Positions 34,901 through 47,925 of a DNA stretch of 64,000 bases are shown one piece after another. The translations under genes and the position numbers were made by a program. Under the pieces are notes generated by a model. It was not told where the DNA came from. It saw nothing but the letters and a program-made list of their open reading frames with translations, and did no database searches. Positions within the stretch are counted from its first letter, which is position 1. Every line of letters starts with the position of its first letter. This DNA comes from Basidiobolus meristosporus CBS 931.73 (lineage: Eukaryota > Fungi > Basidiobolomycota), in assembly GCA_002104905.1 (NCBI GenBank), contig MCFE01000478.1:4399-68398 (forward strand), given 5' to 3'.

Positions 34901-37214
34901 CTTAACCTCGTCCATCATTAACAAGTGTCTTCCCGCTGGTCTACTTCGTCTCTTCCCGGACAACAACATGCAAATGATGACCATTTCCGGTGCCAAGGGA
35001 TCTAACGTCAACGTGTCCCAGATTTCCTGCCTTCTTGGACAGCAGGAATTGGAAGGTAGAAGAGTACCAACCATGGTGTCTGGTAAAACCTTGCCCTCCT
35101 TCTTGCCCTTCGACTCAAGTGCTAGAGCCGGTGGGTTCATTGCTGGCCGTTTCTTGACTGGTATCAGACCACAGGAATATTTCTTCCATTGTATGGCTGG
35201 TCGTGAAGGTCTTATCGACACAGCCGTCAAAACCGCTAACTCCGGTTATCTCCAGCGTTGTTTGATTAAGCATCTTGAAGGCCTCCGTGTTCACTACGAC
35301 CACACTGTCCGTGACTCTGACGGTTCCATTCTTCAATTCCAATATGGTGAAGATGCCCTCGATGTCATCAAGCAGAAGCATTTGAACGAGTTCAGCTTCA
35401 TCGCTAGCAACTACGCAGCATTCATCAAGAAGCAGCAGCCACAGAAGGCGTTGGCCGTTCTTGAATTGGAGGAAGCCGGCTCATACTCCAAGAAGGCTTT
35501 GAAGAAACCTTCCAAGTACGACCCAGTTCTGTCCAAATTCAACCCTAGCAGAAACCTCGGTGCGGTTTCCGAGAAATTCCAAACCTCACTTGACAAGTAC
35601 TTGGAGCAAAACCCCGAGAAATTGATTGTCACCAAGGAGAATGCCAGCAATCCTAATGTACGCTTCCCTGACCTGAACAAGAAGAAGTTCAAGGCCTTGA
35701 TGCACTTGAAGTATCTTCAGAGTTTGGCGGATCCTGGTGAGGCTGTTGGTCTGCTTGCTGCCCAGGGTGTTGGTGAGCCATCCACTCAGATGACACTGAA
35801 CACTTTCCATTTCGCCGGATTTGGTGCCAAGAACGTTACCCTCGGTATTCCACGTCTTCGTGAAATCGTCATGACTGCCAGTGCCAACATCAAGACTCCT
35901 TCCATGACTCTTCCCCTTCACTCCCACATCAGCGATACCGAATCCCATGAATTCTGCCAAGACATCAGCAAGCTTACCCTTGCTGCTATTATGGATGACG
36001 TCCTCGTCAAGGAGCAGCTTTCCAAGCTACCCCATTCCGGTGGTAGACGTGTGAAGACCTACAACATTCGATTGAACTTCTTCACCAAGAAGGAGTACCG
36101 TGATGAATACAACTTGGAGCCATCTATGGTTCAACATGCCATCGAGAAGTCGTTTGTTAGCAAGCTTGAGCGTGCCATTGTCCGTGATTTGAAGAAGGTC
36201 TACCGTGGCTCCGCAAACACTGAAGAGGAGGATATTGGTAAGCCAGTCCGTACCTCTCGCGCCAAGGCCACCGAGGAGAATGAGGAGGCCGATGCCCCTG
36301 CTAGAGTAATGCGCGAGGATTCTGATGACGAAGATGACCAATCCGAGGTTGGCGACAACGATGCTGATGACGCCAAGCGTGCATCGAAGCGTCAAGAGAA
36401 GGCCACCTACGACGGCCCCGATGAGGAGGATGAAGCCATGATCGCCGAAATGAACAAGGAGCTCGAATCGGATGAGGACTCTTCAGAATCTGAGGAAGAG
36501 AACGTCGAGGGCTATGTTGAAGGCCAAGAAAGTGCGGAGCACAAGGCTCGTGCCGGACGTATTGTCGAGAGCAGTCTTTATGTTAAGCGCTACAAGTTCG
36601 ATGAGCAGAACGGATCTTACTGCGAGATCGAGATGCAATTCCCGGCTGATACCAAGAAGATTCTTATGGTCGGTATCGTCGAGAAGATCTGTCACGAGAC
36701 AGTCATCCATGAAGTGAAGGGCATTGATCGTTGCTTCCCCTTGATCAACGAAGCAGAGAACGATACCTCCAAGCAGTTGGCCACTGAGGGTGTCAACCTT
36801 CGCGGTATGTGGAATTATCCCGAGACTCTTGATCTCAACAAGATTTACACCAACGATATCGCAGCCATCTTGCGTACCTATGGTGTTGAAGCCGCCCGTA
36901 ACGCCATCACCAAAGAAATTGGTGGTGTGTTCGGAGTGTACGGTATCGAGGTCGATCCCAGACATCTATCGCTCATTGCCGATTACATGACTTTCGAAGG
37001 AGGCTACAAGCCATTCAACAGAATGGGTATTGAATCCAACGTCAGTCCCTTCTTGAAGATGAGTTTCGAAACCACCTGTCACTTCTTGACCAACGCCACC
37101 GTTCACGGAGACTATGATACCATGGCAAGTCCTAGTGCCAGAATTGTGGTGGGTAAGGTTGTTGAAGGAGGTACCGGTGCTTTCGAGATTCGTCAGCCAC
37201 TGACTGTTCAATAA
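31974..37214 (+). CDS. RPA1: RNA polymerase I largest subunit
   Basis: GGLYDPALGP, CPGHFGHIELP, KKEGLFRKHMMGKRVNY, NRQPTLHKPS, catalytic YNADFDGDEMN, TQMTLNTFHFAG, GIPRLREI; three 5' introns then one long exon. Confidence 0.97.
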
Positions 37215-38722
37215 TCGAAGTGAAGCCAGCAAACCTTATTCATTCTAATCAATCTTTGTATCACCACACCTTCTACTTTCCTACATGGCCTGTAATTTCC
37301 ACCCCTTCTTTCTCTTCCTCTCATCGACCCCCCACCATTTTACTTTATTCATGAAATTTATATACTTTTACTAGGAAATATTAGTTTGTGACCGTTCCTT
37401 TTAAATATAGAGAAAATAAATCCTGTAGACGTAAACTGCCACGGATGTGCTTCCCATAGATAATGCATGGTACAATGAGCAGCGATTTAGCTTTGCTCGC
37501 AGCAATGGAATCTGTTGGACACTTACTGTGTGCTCTCAGGAATGCGGTGCTCACCACCAAACGTGCCAAAACAAAGTCATGGCGAGGGGCATTCAGAGGA
37601 CACCAAACACTCAAACCAAGAGAAGGGATGAAGTTTACAAACCCAAGACACCAAACCCTCGGAAACCCCCTACTATCTACGAGAAAAGAAACCTATCTTA
37701 TCCGCGAAACGTTTTCCATACCTCAACTCACTTGGCTGAATTACCAAAAAAGTGGAACCGGTGCAACTCTGTCGCTGGCTGTTCACCTCCACGACCTGCT
37801 AGCTATAACCACCATATTCTCGGATGCGATTTGCTTCCCACATTGCAATAGAAATTTTCTGGAGCAATTTCTATCATGGGCTACTCGCTCTTTTCATATG
37901 ATTAAAGTGGACTCGACTGACGCCACCACGATAGCTTTTCAGAGTGTGAGTGCCTAAAGTGGCTGCCCCAGCGGGCTCGGGTGCCTATTTGCCACTTTGG
38001 TGAAATCATGGCTGACTCGTGTATACATTCCATTAACCAGCATGTCGAAGTACACTTTGGTCAGCTAACGAAGTAACACAATCCCTCATGGCCACCTAAG
38101 CACGTCACAGTTGGGTGGGATTAGAACTACCTTTCATATTCAAATATACTCACCCACCCAAAATAGCAAGCAAATTCACCGATTGTTGGTCCCTAATCCA
38201 CTCATAGTGGACAGCTATTCCGTTGGGTCAGTTTGTACCAATTGGAGTTAATTGGGGACGTCAAACACTGAGCACAACGGGGGTCAATTCCAACCCTCCA
38301 ACCCCACTTTCCACCCCAACGAAGTCATTTTAAGCAGTAGTCTTCCCAAAAAAGTCTCCCGAACCCAATACTCAGCGCACACTACCAACGGAGCAGATCA
38401 TGTTAGTAAGAATCAATTGAGGGGTCACTGGACATTTCCACACCACACGAATCCTACAAGTCCAATAGGATTTGATTAGCTTAGTTTTAAACTAATTAGA
38501 AAAAAATGGGGCCATGTTCTTGAATATCACCTGAATGTAACGTCGGTGAGCGCTTTCTATTTGGTGGTGGGTGTGATCGAAATCGAGCCCCTGCTCAGAT
38601 CCGGATGATTCGAGCCATTCCCTTGTTTTTCTATCAGCTAAATAGCCCTCGTCCCCGACTCTGCTACTTCGTCCTCATTGCTTTTGAGTCCTTAGCCTTC
38701 GCTCTTCTTACACCAGTTTAAT

Positions 38723-39637
38723 ATGTCTGTCCAAAAGAAAGAAAAGAACTTCGCCGTTGATTTCCTCATGGGTGGTGTCTCCGCCGCTGTCTCCAAGACC
38801 GCCGCTGCCCCCATCGAGCGTATCAAGCTCCTCATCCAGAACCAAGATGAGATGATCAAGAGCGGTCGTCTTTCCCACCCATACAAGGGTGTCGCTGACT
38901 GTTTCACTCGTGTCATCAAGGAGGAAGGTACCGTCTCCCTCTGGAGAGGTAACATGGCCAACGTCATCCGTTACTTCCCCACCCAAGCTTTGAACTTCGC
39001 CTTCAAGGACTACTTCAAGCAAATGTTCGGTTACAAGAAGGACAAGGACGGCTACTGGAAGTGGTTCGCTGGTAACCTTGCCTCCGGTGGTGCCGCTGGT
39101 GCCTTCTCCCTCTTCTTCGTGTACTCCTTGGATTACGCTCGTACCCGTCTTGCCAACGACAACAAGTCCGCCAAGAAGGGAGGAGAGCGTCAATTCAACG
39201 GTCTCGTTGATGTCTACCGCAAGACCCTCAAGTCTGACGGTGTCGCTGGTTTGTACAGAGGCTTCAACATCTCCTGTGTTGGTATCATCGTCTACCGTGG
39301 TTTGTACTTCGGTATGTACGATTCCTTGAAGCCTGTTCTCCTCGTCGGAGAGCTCAAGGACTCCCTCCTCGCCTCCTTCTTGTTGGGTTGGGGTATCACC
39401 ATTGGTGCTGGTCTCGCTTCTTATCCTATCGATACTGTCCGTAGAAGAATGATGATGACTTCCGGTGAAGCCGTCAAGTACACCTCCTCCATGCAATGCT
39501 TCCAAGAGGTTATCAAGAAGGAGGGTTACAAGTCTCTCTTCAAGGGAGCCGGTGCTAACATTCTCCGTGCTGTTGCTGGTGCTGGTGTGTTGGCTGGATA
39601 TGACAAACTCCAAGCCGTCTTCGCCAACAAGTTCTAA
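38723..39637 (+). CDS. AAC: Mitochondrial ADP/ATP carrier, copy 1
   Basis: [36 protein letters not shown] signature; intronless. Confidence 0.97.
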   Translation: MSVQKKEKNFAVDFLMGGVSAAVSKTAAAPIERIKLLIQNQDEMIKSGRLSHPYKGVADCFTRVIKEEGTVSLWRGNMANVIRYFPTQALNFAFKDYFKQMFGYKKDKDGYWKWFAGNLASGGAAGAFSLFFVYSLDYARTRLANDNKSAKKGGERQFNGLVDVYRKTLKSDGVAGLYRGFNISCVGIIVYRGLYFGMYDSLKPVLLVGELKDSLLASFLLGWGITIGAGLASYPIDTVRRRMMMTSGEAVKYTSSMQCFQEVIKKEGYKSLFKGAGANILRAVAGAGVLAGYDKLQAVFANKF

Positions 39638-40162
39638 GTTAATTAGGCTAGCAAACCCCGAATTTTCTAATTCGCTCTATTTATTATGTAGATTAGAAGC
39701 ATTCATAATAAACAGCATTCATCATTCTTTATTAACAATACCTATCGTCACAGTAAAATTTTCTTCTTAACCTTCATGATGACGAATGTTTCACGCATGG
39801 ATCCCCTTTATATTTTTGGGGGGTTATGCATTCCATATCGAACCATATGATTATTTTCCTTGATCCGATTAGGTTTACCATGTGGTTTACCATAAAATCC
39901 ATTACGTTCCAAAATCCCAGGGTTTATTCTAGGATGTGTAGCTTGCTCATTTGCCTATTTACTATTGAAATCGTAGAACGCTTCAACAGATTATTGTAGT
40001 AGGGATACTCCACTGTGGTGCGATTATCAAAGCTAAAGGTTACTATGCAATAGAAAATGTGTTTTCGTCTGAAGAGCAATTTTATTGAATGCTAAACATG
40101 TCTTCATTATTTGGTATGTGTGAACACAAATGCAATTAATGTGGATGAGATGAGAATTAAAT

Positions 40163-41077
40163 TTAGAACTTGTTGGCGAAGACGGCTTGGAGTTTGTCAT
40201 ATCCAGCCAACACACCAGCACCAGCAACAGCACGGAGAATATTAGCACCGGCTCCCTTGAAGAGAGACTTGTAACCCTCCTTCTTGATAACCTCTTGGAA
40301 GCATTGCATGGAGGAGGTGTACTTGACGGCTTCACCGGAAGTCATCATCATTCTTCTACGGACAGTATCGATAGGATAAGAAGCGAGACCAGCACCAATG
40401 GTGATACCCCAACCCAACAAGAAGGAGGCGAGGAGGGAGTCCTTGAGCTCTCCGACGAGGAGAACAGGCTTCAAGGAATCGTACATACCGAAGTACAAAC
40501 CACGGTAGACGATGATACCAACACAGGAGATGTTGAAACCTCTGTACAAACCAGCGACACCATCAGACTTGAGGGTCTTGCGGTAGACATCAACGAGACC
40601 GTTGAATTGACGCTCTCCTCCCTTCTTGGCGGACTTGTTGTCGTTGGCAAGACGGGTACGAGCGTAATCCAAGGAGTACACGAAGAAGAGGGAGAAGGCA
40701 CCAGCGGCACCACCGGAGGCAAGGTTACCAGCGAACCACTTCCAGTAGCCGTCCTTGTCCTTCTTGTAACCGAACATTTGCTTGAAGTAGTCCTTGAAGG
40801 CGAAGTTCAAAGCTTGGGTGGGGAAGTAACGGATGACGTTGGCCATGTTACCTCTCCAGAGGGAGACGGTACCTTCCTCCTTGATGACACGAGTGAAACA
40901 GTCAGCGACACCCTTGTATGGGTGGGAAAGACGACCGCTCTTGATCATCTCATCTTGGTTCTGGATGAGGAGCTTGATACGCTCGATGGGGGCAGCGGCG
41001 GTCTTGGAGACAGCGGCGGAGACACCACCCATGAGGAAGTCAACGGCGAAGTTCTTTTCTTTCTTTTGGACAGACAT
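40163..41077 (-). CDS. AAC: Mitochondrial ADP/ATP carrier, copy 2 (identical protein, convergent orientation)
   Basis: 915-bp CDS differing from copy 1 at 4 synonymous sites by eye. Confidence 0.97.
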   Translation of the reverse strand: MSVQKKEKNFAVDFLMGGVSAAVSKTAAAPIERIKLLIQNQDEMIKSGRLSHPYKGVADCFTRVIKEEGTVSLWRGNMANVIRYFPTQALNFAFKDYFKQMFGYKKDKDGYWKWFAGNLASGGAAGAFSLFFVYSLDYARTRLANDNKSAKKGGERQFNGLVDVYRKTLKSDGVAGLYRGFNISCVGIIVYRGLYFGMYDSLKPVLLVGELKDSLLASFLLGWGITIGAGLASYPIDTVRRRMMMTSGEAVKYTSSMQCFQEVIKKEGYKSLFKGAGANILRAVAGAGVLAGYDKLQAVFANKF

Positions 41078-41719
41078 GTTAAGCAAGAGAGGAGATGGTT
41101 CTGTACTAGAAGTTAGACAACTTGGTCGGGTCGGCCACCGCGAGTATTTATTCAAAACGAGAAAGTGGAAAATTTTTTGTACTCTCCCCACTTCCAAAAT
41201 TTCCCCGCTTCACGTAGGGATGAGGTTGGACACACCATTCTATTGGGGAAATTCGTTTGGTCCAATAACACTCCACCATTACCAAGGTTTCTCCCCAATT
41301 GCATTAGGAATTCCGAGAGTGGGGTACCAAATATGTCGTACCTACCAATTCTACCGCCTACTTTCGAACCTTCCTATCTCCAGTGATTCTTACCTTCGCT
41401 CGCGATTAATCGCAATACTCCCTAATTTTGGCCTGCTTCCAATTGGATATATGATTCATGAAATCGACAGGAATGGGATGGGAATAGGGATGGGGACGGT
41501 GATAGTGATGGTGATAGTGATGAAATGGTTTTTTGCCCATAAATTTTCGCCAGTAAACGTTGCGGAGCCTATTAGCTCGCTGGGGCTTGCAATATCTATT
41601 TACCCTTGGACTGGTGGATGGGATGATTAGGCTTTTTTAGTATAGATTGGTGTACTTTTGGGCAGTCAAGCATCCGAGCTGGTCATGGGGGACAATTAAT
41701 GATTCCTGTTACACAGGAT

Positions 41720-42190
41720 GCGGGTACTACTCTCAGCATTACCTGACTATTGAGGTAAGGGGGAAAGTGATGATAGCAGCTTAGGAGAGCAGTAGGTTCA
41801 GTGATTCCCCTCTCGCCTTGACCTTTCGGTGGTGCGTCTTGTGTGTGCAAGCGTCCCAATAACATCAGGGTCTATGATGCGTATTTTGCGCTCATTCATC
41901 GGCCAACATCTCATCCTTGGCGTCGCAAGTCCAATGCTGTGAGCGTACATCTTGGGCGGGTCAGACTAGAAACCAGATTTGCTTTGGCGGCATCTAGATT
42001 GGCTTGTTTGGTTCGGATCCTACATTCAACTGTGTTCAGGCGACATGCCTGTACACTATACCATGGTTTACCATCTGAAGTGGCCGGCACATGAAATTTA
42101 CCGTAGAACCACTGGATAAATAGCCCCACGATGTGTGGGGGGGATGTAGCAAGCCCAATCGTAATTTGGAACCGATTTAAAGTGGTTGGT
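41720..42190 (-). pseudogene. Decayed fragment of the 3' half of the cyclin gene at 43948-45526
   Basis: CCTTGACCTTTCGGTGGTGCGTCTTGTGTGTGCAA vs CCTTGACCATTCGTTGGTTCGTCTTGTGAGTGCAA (44094); FHVPATSDGKPWY..CRL vs FRVPATLDGKPWY..CRL. Confidence 0.85.
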
Positions 42191-43059
42191 TGGGTTTCTG
42201 TTTAACTATTCATGGAGTTATTCACGACCTATCTACCATTAAAGGGGAGTTGATGAGATCTACGCTAGATCAATCGTCCATCCGCAATGCTTTGCATTCT
42301 CTGACAAAGAGGTGAGAGTGTCAAGAGCCACGAAAAGATCAGTGGGTGTTGCCTCTTACATAGCTTTTCAAGTGTTATTTGTATGACGACAATGAATGTG
42401 ACACTTCTACAAGGTGATCATTTTTCTCCGATTGATCTGGGTGGACCAAAGGGTTAGAAGTTGGGCAGCAGGCACCGAACAACAAACACATCCCTGGTAT
42501 TCATTAGAAACTTGAGGATGAAAGGATTAATTGCTTTCCCAAATAACCACCGTTTCCTACTATTTCACATCGAGCGAACATACTTATGACGCTGCATCCA
42601 ACAATTCAATATCCCTCTCTTCCGCTACGGACAGCGGAGCCTGAATGTGGGTAGCCGATGATACCCGCACCAGACGAAACCTACGAACGTGTCCAGTGGG
42701 ATCGGATTTTCTTGCATTAGAGTGCATACCAATCGGTAATGAACTGGTTGAATTGGATATGCACGATCTTCTACGGAATCCCTCGAACACTTGATTTCCG
42801 CCCTACACTTGCATATTGGTTCTGCTTTCCGTTTCACCTAATCAAAATCGCTCAATATGTACTTTCATTGTCCCGAATTTCATGGAGGAACGTTCATCTT
42901 CGTTGCCAACCGAAATGAATTCCGAATGCAGAAAAAATCGGGTGGCACAGGATCATCATCCTTTTGAATGCCAAATGTTCCTCAATTTAGCATGGGGAAT
43001 ACCGACCCGATGAATGTGGCGGAGGTGATGGAGGCCGTAAATTTAATGTTGGGTGGCCA

Positions 43060-43580
43060 AGGTCGCTGCAGTTTGTCATAATCAGCCTATACACCAGCAC
43101 CAGCACCAGAACCAGCACCAGCACGAAAGATATTGTCTCTCCCTCCCTTGAAGAGAAATTTTTGGTCTTCCCTCTTGACGACTTTCTTGAAGTATCGACT
43201 GGAGTGCTGTATTTGACGGCTTCTATCCTTCTACGGAAAGTGTCTATAGGATAAGTTGAGAATCCGTCGTCAATGGTGATGCTCCAACCCAACAAGAAAG
43301 AAGCAAGGAGCAACCCTTGAACTCTTCAACAAGAAGAGTAGGCTTCAAAGAGTCACACAAACTGAAGGCACAAACCACGGTAGCCGATGATACAACGATG
43401 ATACCAACGCAAGATGGGGTGAAGCCTCTATACAATCCGACAACATCGCCACTCTGGTAATTCTTGTGATACCGTTGAATTGGCCTCCCTCGGCGCACTT
43501 GTTGAAAAGACAACGACTCTTGACAATCTCATCAGAGACACCACCCATAAGGGAATCAACAGCGAAGTTTTGAACTGACG
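43060..43580 (-). pseudogene. AAC: Decayed ADP/ATP carrier pseudogene with a large internal deletion and frameshifts
   Basis: QNFAVDSLMGGVS..., [50 protein letters not shown] remnants. Confidence 0.88.
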
Positions 43581-43947
43581 TGGCAAATTGGCTTAAGAGC
43601 GAGGGCTTTGATAAGATGATTCTGTATTCAATGGTACACGGTGAACTTTCAGATATCGCCATGTGTATCTATTGAATGTTGGAAACTGGATAGTATGCTA
43701 CCCTTTCCGAATTTCCAAGTTGTTGCATACCATTGGAATCTCGTGGGCTTTCCAACCCTACATAAGCCATATTGTGGACACCAAGTGTATCCAAAAATGT
43801 CTGCACCATACCAAACTTACGAACACAACCAGCAGGGTCGGGCCTTCTTATTAGTTGGCAATGGGTAGGTGGAATTGGTTATGAGCGACATTAAGCGACA
43901 TTGGATATTTCACTTTCAAGTGGATTTATTGATGGAGTGGTGCATGT

Positions 43948-45526
43948 TCAACTAAATATATACCTAACCGTGGAGGTGTCCTGAGTGCTCGAGATGTCCA
44001 GCCTGCGACGGGTGGATTCTGATGGAGTAAAGTGAGAGATAGGGTTAGTATCCGTGGGAGAACAGTAGACCCAGTGATGGGGATCTTTTTCTTACCTTGA
44101 CCATTCGTTGGTTCGTCTTGTGAGTGCAACGCGAACTCTATCAGTATGGGTAATGGCGGCACAGGGGTGTATGAAACGTTACCTGGGTGGCCCCGTTTTT
44201 TGGCTTTTTCGTTGAGTTCGATCTTGACTTGAGTGAACTCGGGTAATTTCTCGTCCTTCGGGTCGGTCTGGGTGATGTAAAAGTCCAGTAGCTGCGAGCA
44301 CACGTCTTGAATAGGTTGGGTTAGTGGCTGCATTGCTGCTGCCTGGATCGGTTCGGTTGGTAGGGATCTTACCTTCGATCATTTCTAGTCGACACGACAG
44401 CGCTTTGTACCACGGTTTGCCATCCAGCGTGGCTGGCACCCGGAATCTCCCACGGGAGAGTAGAACTGCTAGGTGAATGGCCCCCGCTGCCACGATATGT
44501 GGGGGGTATTGCAAACCCAGTTGCGTTTTGTAACTAAATCAATTCATCTGGTTAGGTTCCCTGTGAGGTTCCCTGTGAGTACGGCGACGAGGCACCACCA
44601 ACCTTTCCACCGTGATGCTCCACGCTTTCTGAGCGAGCTTTTTGTCACCTAAATAAGACGGGGTTTCCCGGGTCAATCCTCAGTCACTCGATGTCAGGTT
44701 TGTTGGGGGGGGGGGTTACCGTTGAGCTTCCTCACGAATTTGATGATGTATTTGAATGGGTGCTGTACTCTAAAATCGAAACACAGCGTCTCAATGATCA
44801 GCCGTTCGTAAGAGATGATTCGTTTTCTCTTCTCCTCAGCCTCCTGATGATTTCGCTAGGACGTCAGTGGGTGTGGGGTGGGGAGGAGAGGAGGTGGGCC
44901 AAGGGGACTTACTGGGCTGTCGAGGTTCATATGTTTTCCCGGGTGGGCTGCCTCGTAGGTGGCGGCCAAAATGTCCGAGAGTTTCTTGAACGTCTCCTCG
45001 ATTTTGCAGGCGACGAACAAGCACGCGATCGAGACCGTCTAAAGGGGGCAAGAACGAGGGGTTCAGCGAAAGGCCCAAACTTCGGCAACGAGAAGGGGAC
45101 CGTTTACCATGGGGGAAAAATCGTTCAGCGAGTAGAACAGATAGAACCGGTGATACAGAAGCTGCGCTGTGCTCAACGTGCGTTGTGGGCTAAAGGGGAG
45201 ACAAGGTTAAGGAAAACGCCCACTCTGGTTTCGAACCTCCCCCACTCCCCGTCCCGCCTCCGCGGTGGTCTCAAATAAGGATACAAGCCAAGCAGCTTCC
45301 CGCTGTGCGTGATGAAGTTGCAACAGTGAACCCTCGTCTTGATCTCCTTTCTTACCGGAACATTGTCCCGCGACGAAGGGTTGTTCGTCAGCTCGTCTTT
45401 CGTGAAGTAGAGGTGGGAATGCCGCTCCACGCATAGTTTTCGTGTGGGCTCGACTTGCTCGCTCTTCGAGGGTCTCGGGTTGTCCACCGGTGTGGCGGTC
45501 CTAGGGGAACGCGTGTTTCTGGACAT
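43948..45526 (-). CDS. Transcriptional cyclin, cyclin K/Ctk2/Pch1-like
   Basis: LYFTKDELTNNPSSRDNV..E.KTRVHCCNFI..GKLLGL; AQLLYHRFYLFY; QYPPHIVAAGAIHLA; multi-exon. Confidence 0.85.
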
Positions 45527-45781
45527 CCGCTGGAGATTTGATGGGAATATCCGTCAGAGGGATGCTGACCCATATCGACGAGCCACCCCTTTCACGTGAC
45601 CTACGAGGGCCGGGGAAATTTTCTTTTTTCTCCACTCCGATAGAAATCAACAGCCATCTTGATTCAAACACTTGGATTTATTTCAATGGGTGGTTGGAAT
45701 GAGGGTATGGGGTGGGTGAGGGGTGACGGGTGAGTGTGTCATGCAATATTATGTGTTCTATCTACCACGTCTATGCTTAAG

Positions 45782-46294
45782 TTAAACTCGGCTGGCGGCG
45801 AAAGATTGGCATTGTTTCAACATGTCCATGTAGAATTGGCAGGCGGAGAAATCGTTGTTGTTGGATTCCATGCAGTTGGTGAAGGCCTTGAGGTCGGCAT
45901 CGCAGCTGTGGCTGGCGGGGGCCTGGAAGGGGGAGGCCTCATACTGAGGAGCAGCGGGTGCGGGTTGGGGAGCAGCTTGAGGGACGGCTTCCTCAGAGCC
46001 TCCGCTTCCACTGAAAAGGCTGGTCATACCGTGACCAACGGCGTGGCCAACGGCGGAACCAACGGCAACGCCAGCAGCGGTAGAGGCCATTTGAGCGAAA
46101 AGACCTGGTTGTTGGGGTTGAGCTGGAGCCATAGCGGCAGCGGGGGCAGCAGTCATGGCCGCGGGCTGAGGAGGAGGAGCATGTTGAACCGGAGCGGGAG
46201 CTGGGGCAGCACGTTGTGGGGGAGGAGCAGCAACAGTAGAAGCTGAACGGGTTTGAGTGCGAGGAGCGGCGGAGCGTCTAGATTGGCGAGGCAT
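45782..46294 (-). CDS. MIX17: Mitochondrial CHCH-domain protein CHCHD2/10 (MIX17)
   Basis: MPRQSRRS..; QPGLFAQMASTAAGVAVGSAVGH; twin CX9C (CDADLKAFTNC..CQFYMDMLKQC). Confidence 0.93.
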   Translation of the reverse strand: MPRQSRRSAAPRTQTRSASTVAAPPPQRAAPAPAPVQHAPPPQPAAMTAAPAAAMAPAQPQQPGLFAQMASTAAGVAVGSAVGHAVGHGMTSLFSGSGGSEEAVPQAAPQPAPAAPQYEASPFQAPASHSCDADLKAFTNCMESNNNDFSACQFYMDMLKQCQSFAASRV

Positions 46295-47080
46295 GTTGAC
46301 AACGGTTAGGTGCTAATCACCAGGAGCGCAAACCTTTTATTATATTGTCTCAAATTAACGCCGGGCCCAATCAGATCCCCCCATCCGACATGCTGCGGGT
46401 TCGCCAAAAATTTCGCTCGACTTCTTTCACATCCAACTTCCCCACGTCCATCTCATTGGCTGGCACCGATAATCAATCCCTCTGATTCGCCGCAGCCTTT
46501 CGGAAACTGATCGGTGCTCATGAATTGGGTCTCCGCCGAATTGGCCCTACTACCAAAGCGCACCAATGGACTCTTACACTAACTTGATTTGGGTCGGTCG
46601 CTTTGCTTGCTTCAGGCATTTCCACTTGCTGATCTGTCTATAAGCCCCGGTTAAGATAACATCCATCAACACTTCCATTAATACTTCACCGACCTACCCA
46701 GGGATGATTGGTTGGTGGATCTGGGCTTCAGCACTCTCCAAGCATAGGTTTGGTATTCCATGACAAAACTGGTGTTCAACATACATACACCAAGTGCGGT
46801 TGCTTCCTTTGAACTCAATTGACCAATAACCCTTGGAAACTTTTGGTGGACTCCATCACAATATCTGAAAAAATCCAACTTGCAGCATGCTCACAACTCT
46901 CCAAGGGTTGGGGTCAGGGTTCATGTTGTAGGGTAAGAGATTGAAAGTAGTTGGGCTGGGTGGCTTTCATGTACTAACTTTTTGAGTGCAGAAGCAGTGC
47001 ATATATGTTTACAAGGTCTTGGCCAAACAGTCCTTTCCCATATGTTTAGGAAGGTCCAAAGTGTTGTAAATATTGTAATT

Positions 47081-47400
47081 GTTGTGAAAATTTGTCATTT
47101 CACCTGAATATTCACCTAACTTAGTCACTTGGATTATTACCTGCAAGTCTTGGAGAATTCTGACCAAATTCCATGTGGGGACCCACTTTGAGTATTGTTG
47201 CCAAACTATCCAGTACCCAAAGCATGAACTTCTCAAAGTTGACCAAACATCCCCAACCTTTGCACACATGTCATTGATATCTTCCTAAGCACACTCCTGT
47301 ACTTGTATTGCCAAGACTATGCAAAAGTATAAGTACTACTTTTGCATTCAATAAATGATCAAGTGAAAACCACATAATCTACTTGTTCTCCTAATCCCTT
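47081..47400. mobile_element. Single arm of a MITE/foldback-like repeat family
   Basis: Aligns with 47931-48240 (ACTTAGTCACTT.GAT.ATTACC...CACATAATCTACTTGT). Confidence 0.65.
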
Positions 47401-47504
47401 CCAATATCTCCAAACCTGATACAACAGGTTATGAGCCCCAAGCAATCACTTGCTGTAATGTCTATTCCTGTAATTACTGGTACTTTCCCCCTTTTGCTGA
47501 AAAG

Positions 47505-47920
47505 TTGGCTGGATCTAACAACCAAGTCTGGAAGGTGAAGATACTGTTACAGAAAAGAGGCCTTTGGGAGACTGTTGTTGGAGATGAATGCTATCCTAGA
47601 GGCATAGGAGAAGAAGCCTTCAAGTACCAACAGAAAGAACAGAGTGCTTTCAACTGCATTTGCCTCAATTTTAAAGACAAATTGCTAATTCAATGCCCAA
47701 GTGCAAAAATGGCAAAGAATGCCTAGAAGGCATCAGCAGACACATACCAGACATGTTCAGTCACTAAGAAAATGTAGCTTGGACAAGAATGCATTACTAG
47801 ATAGATGCTCCCAGGAGAATGAATGGAAAATCTGATTACCTGAAGTACTCTGTTGCTTAAACAGATGGAATCAGATGGTGTACAAACAACTGATGAAGAT
47901 GGTGTTGTAACTATTGAGTG
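47505..47920 (+). mobile_element. Ty1/Copia gag fragment (Retrotran_gag_2-like), degraded
   Basis: WKVKILLQKRGLWETV..EQSAFNCICLN.KDKLL; similar fragments near 48575-48640 and 49832-50095. Confidence 0.7.
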
Positions 47921-47925
47921 GTCAT

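Noticed and set aside
32735-37232. Many 60-200-aa minus-strand ORFs inside RPA1
   Set aside because: Antisense shadows of a long biased CDS
37447-37957. Two overlapping 134- and 164-aa ORFs between RPA1 and AAC
   Set aside because: No recognisable motifs, weak starts, mutually overlapping on opposite strands
38708-41116. ~300-aa ORFs antisense to both AAC genes
   Set aside because: Shadow frames produced by strong codon bias in highly expressed genes; no domain signal
44691-46246. Long plus-strand ORFs over the cyclin and MIX17 genes
   Set aside because: GC-rich antisense frames of genuine minus-strand genes
14501-46294. Apparent clustering of mitochondrial genes (ARG8, SDHAF3, AAC x2, MIX17)
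   Set aside because: Compatible with chance given the size of the mitochondrial proteome; no shared motif identified
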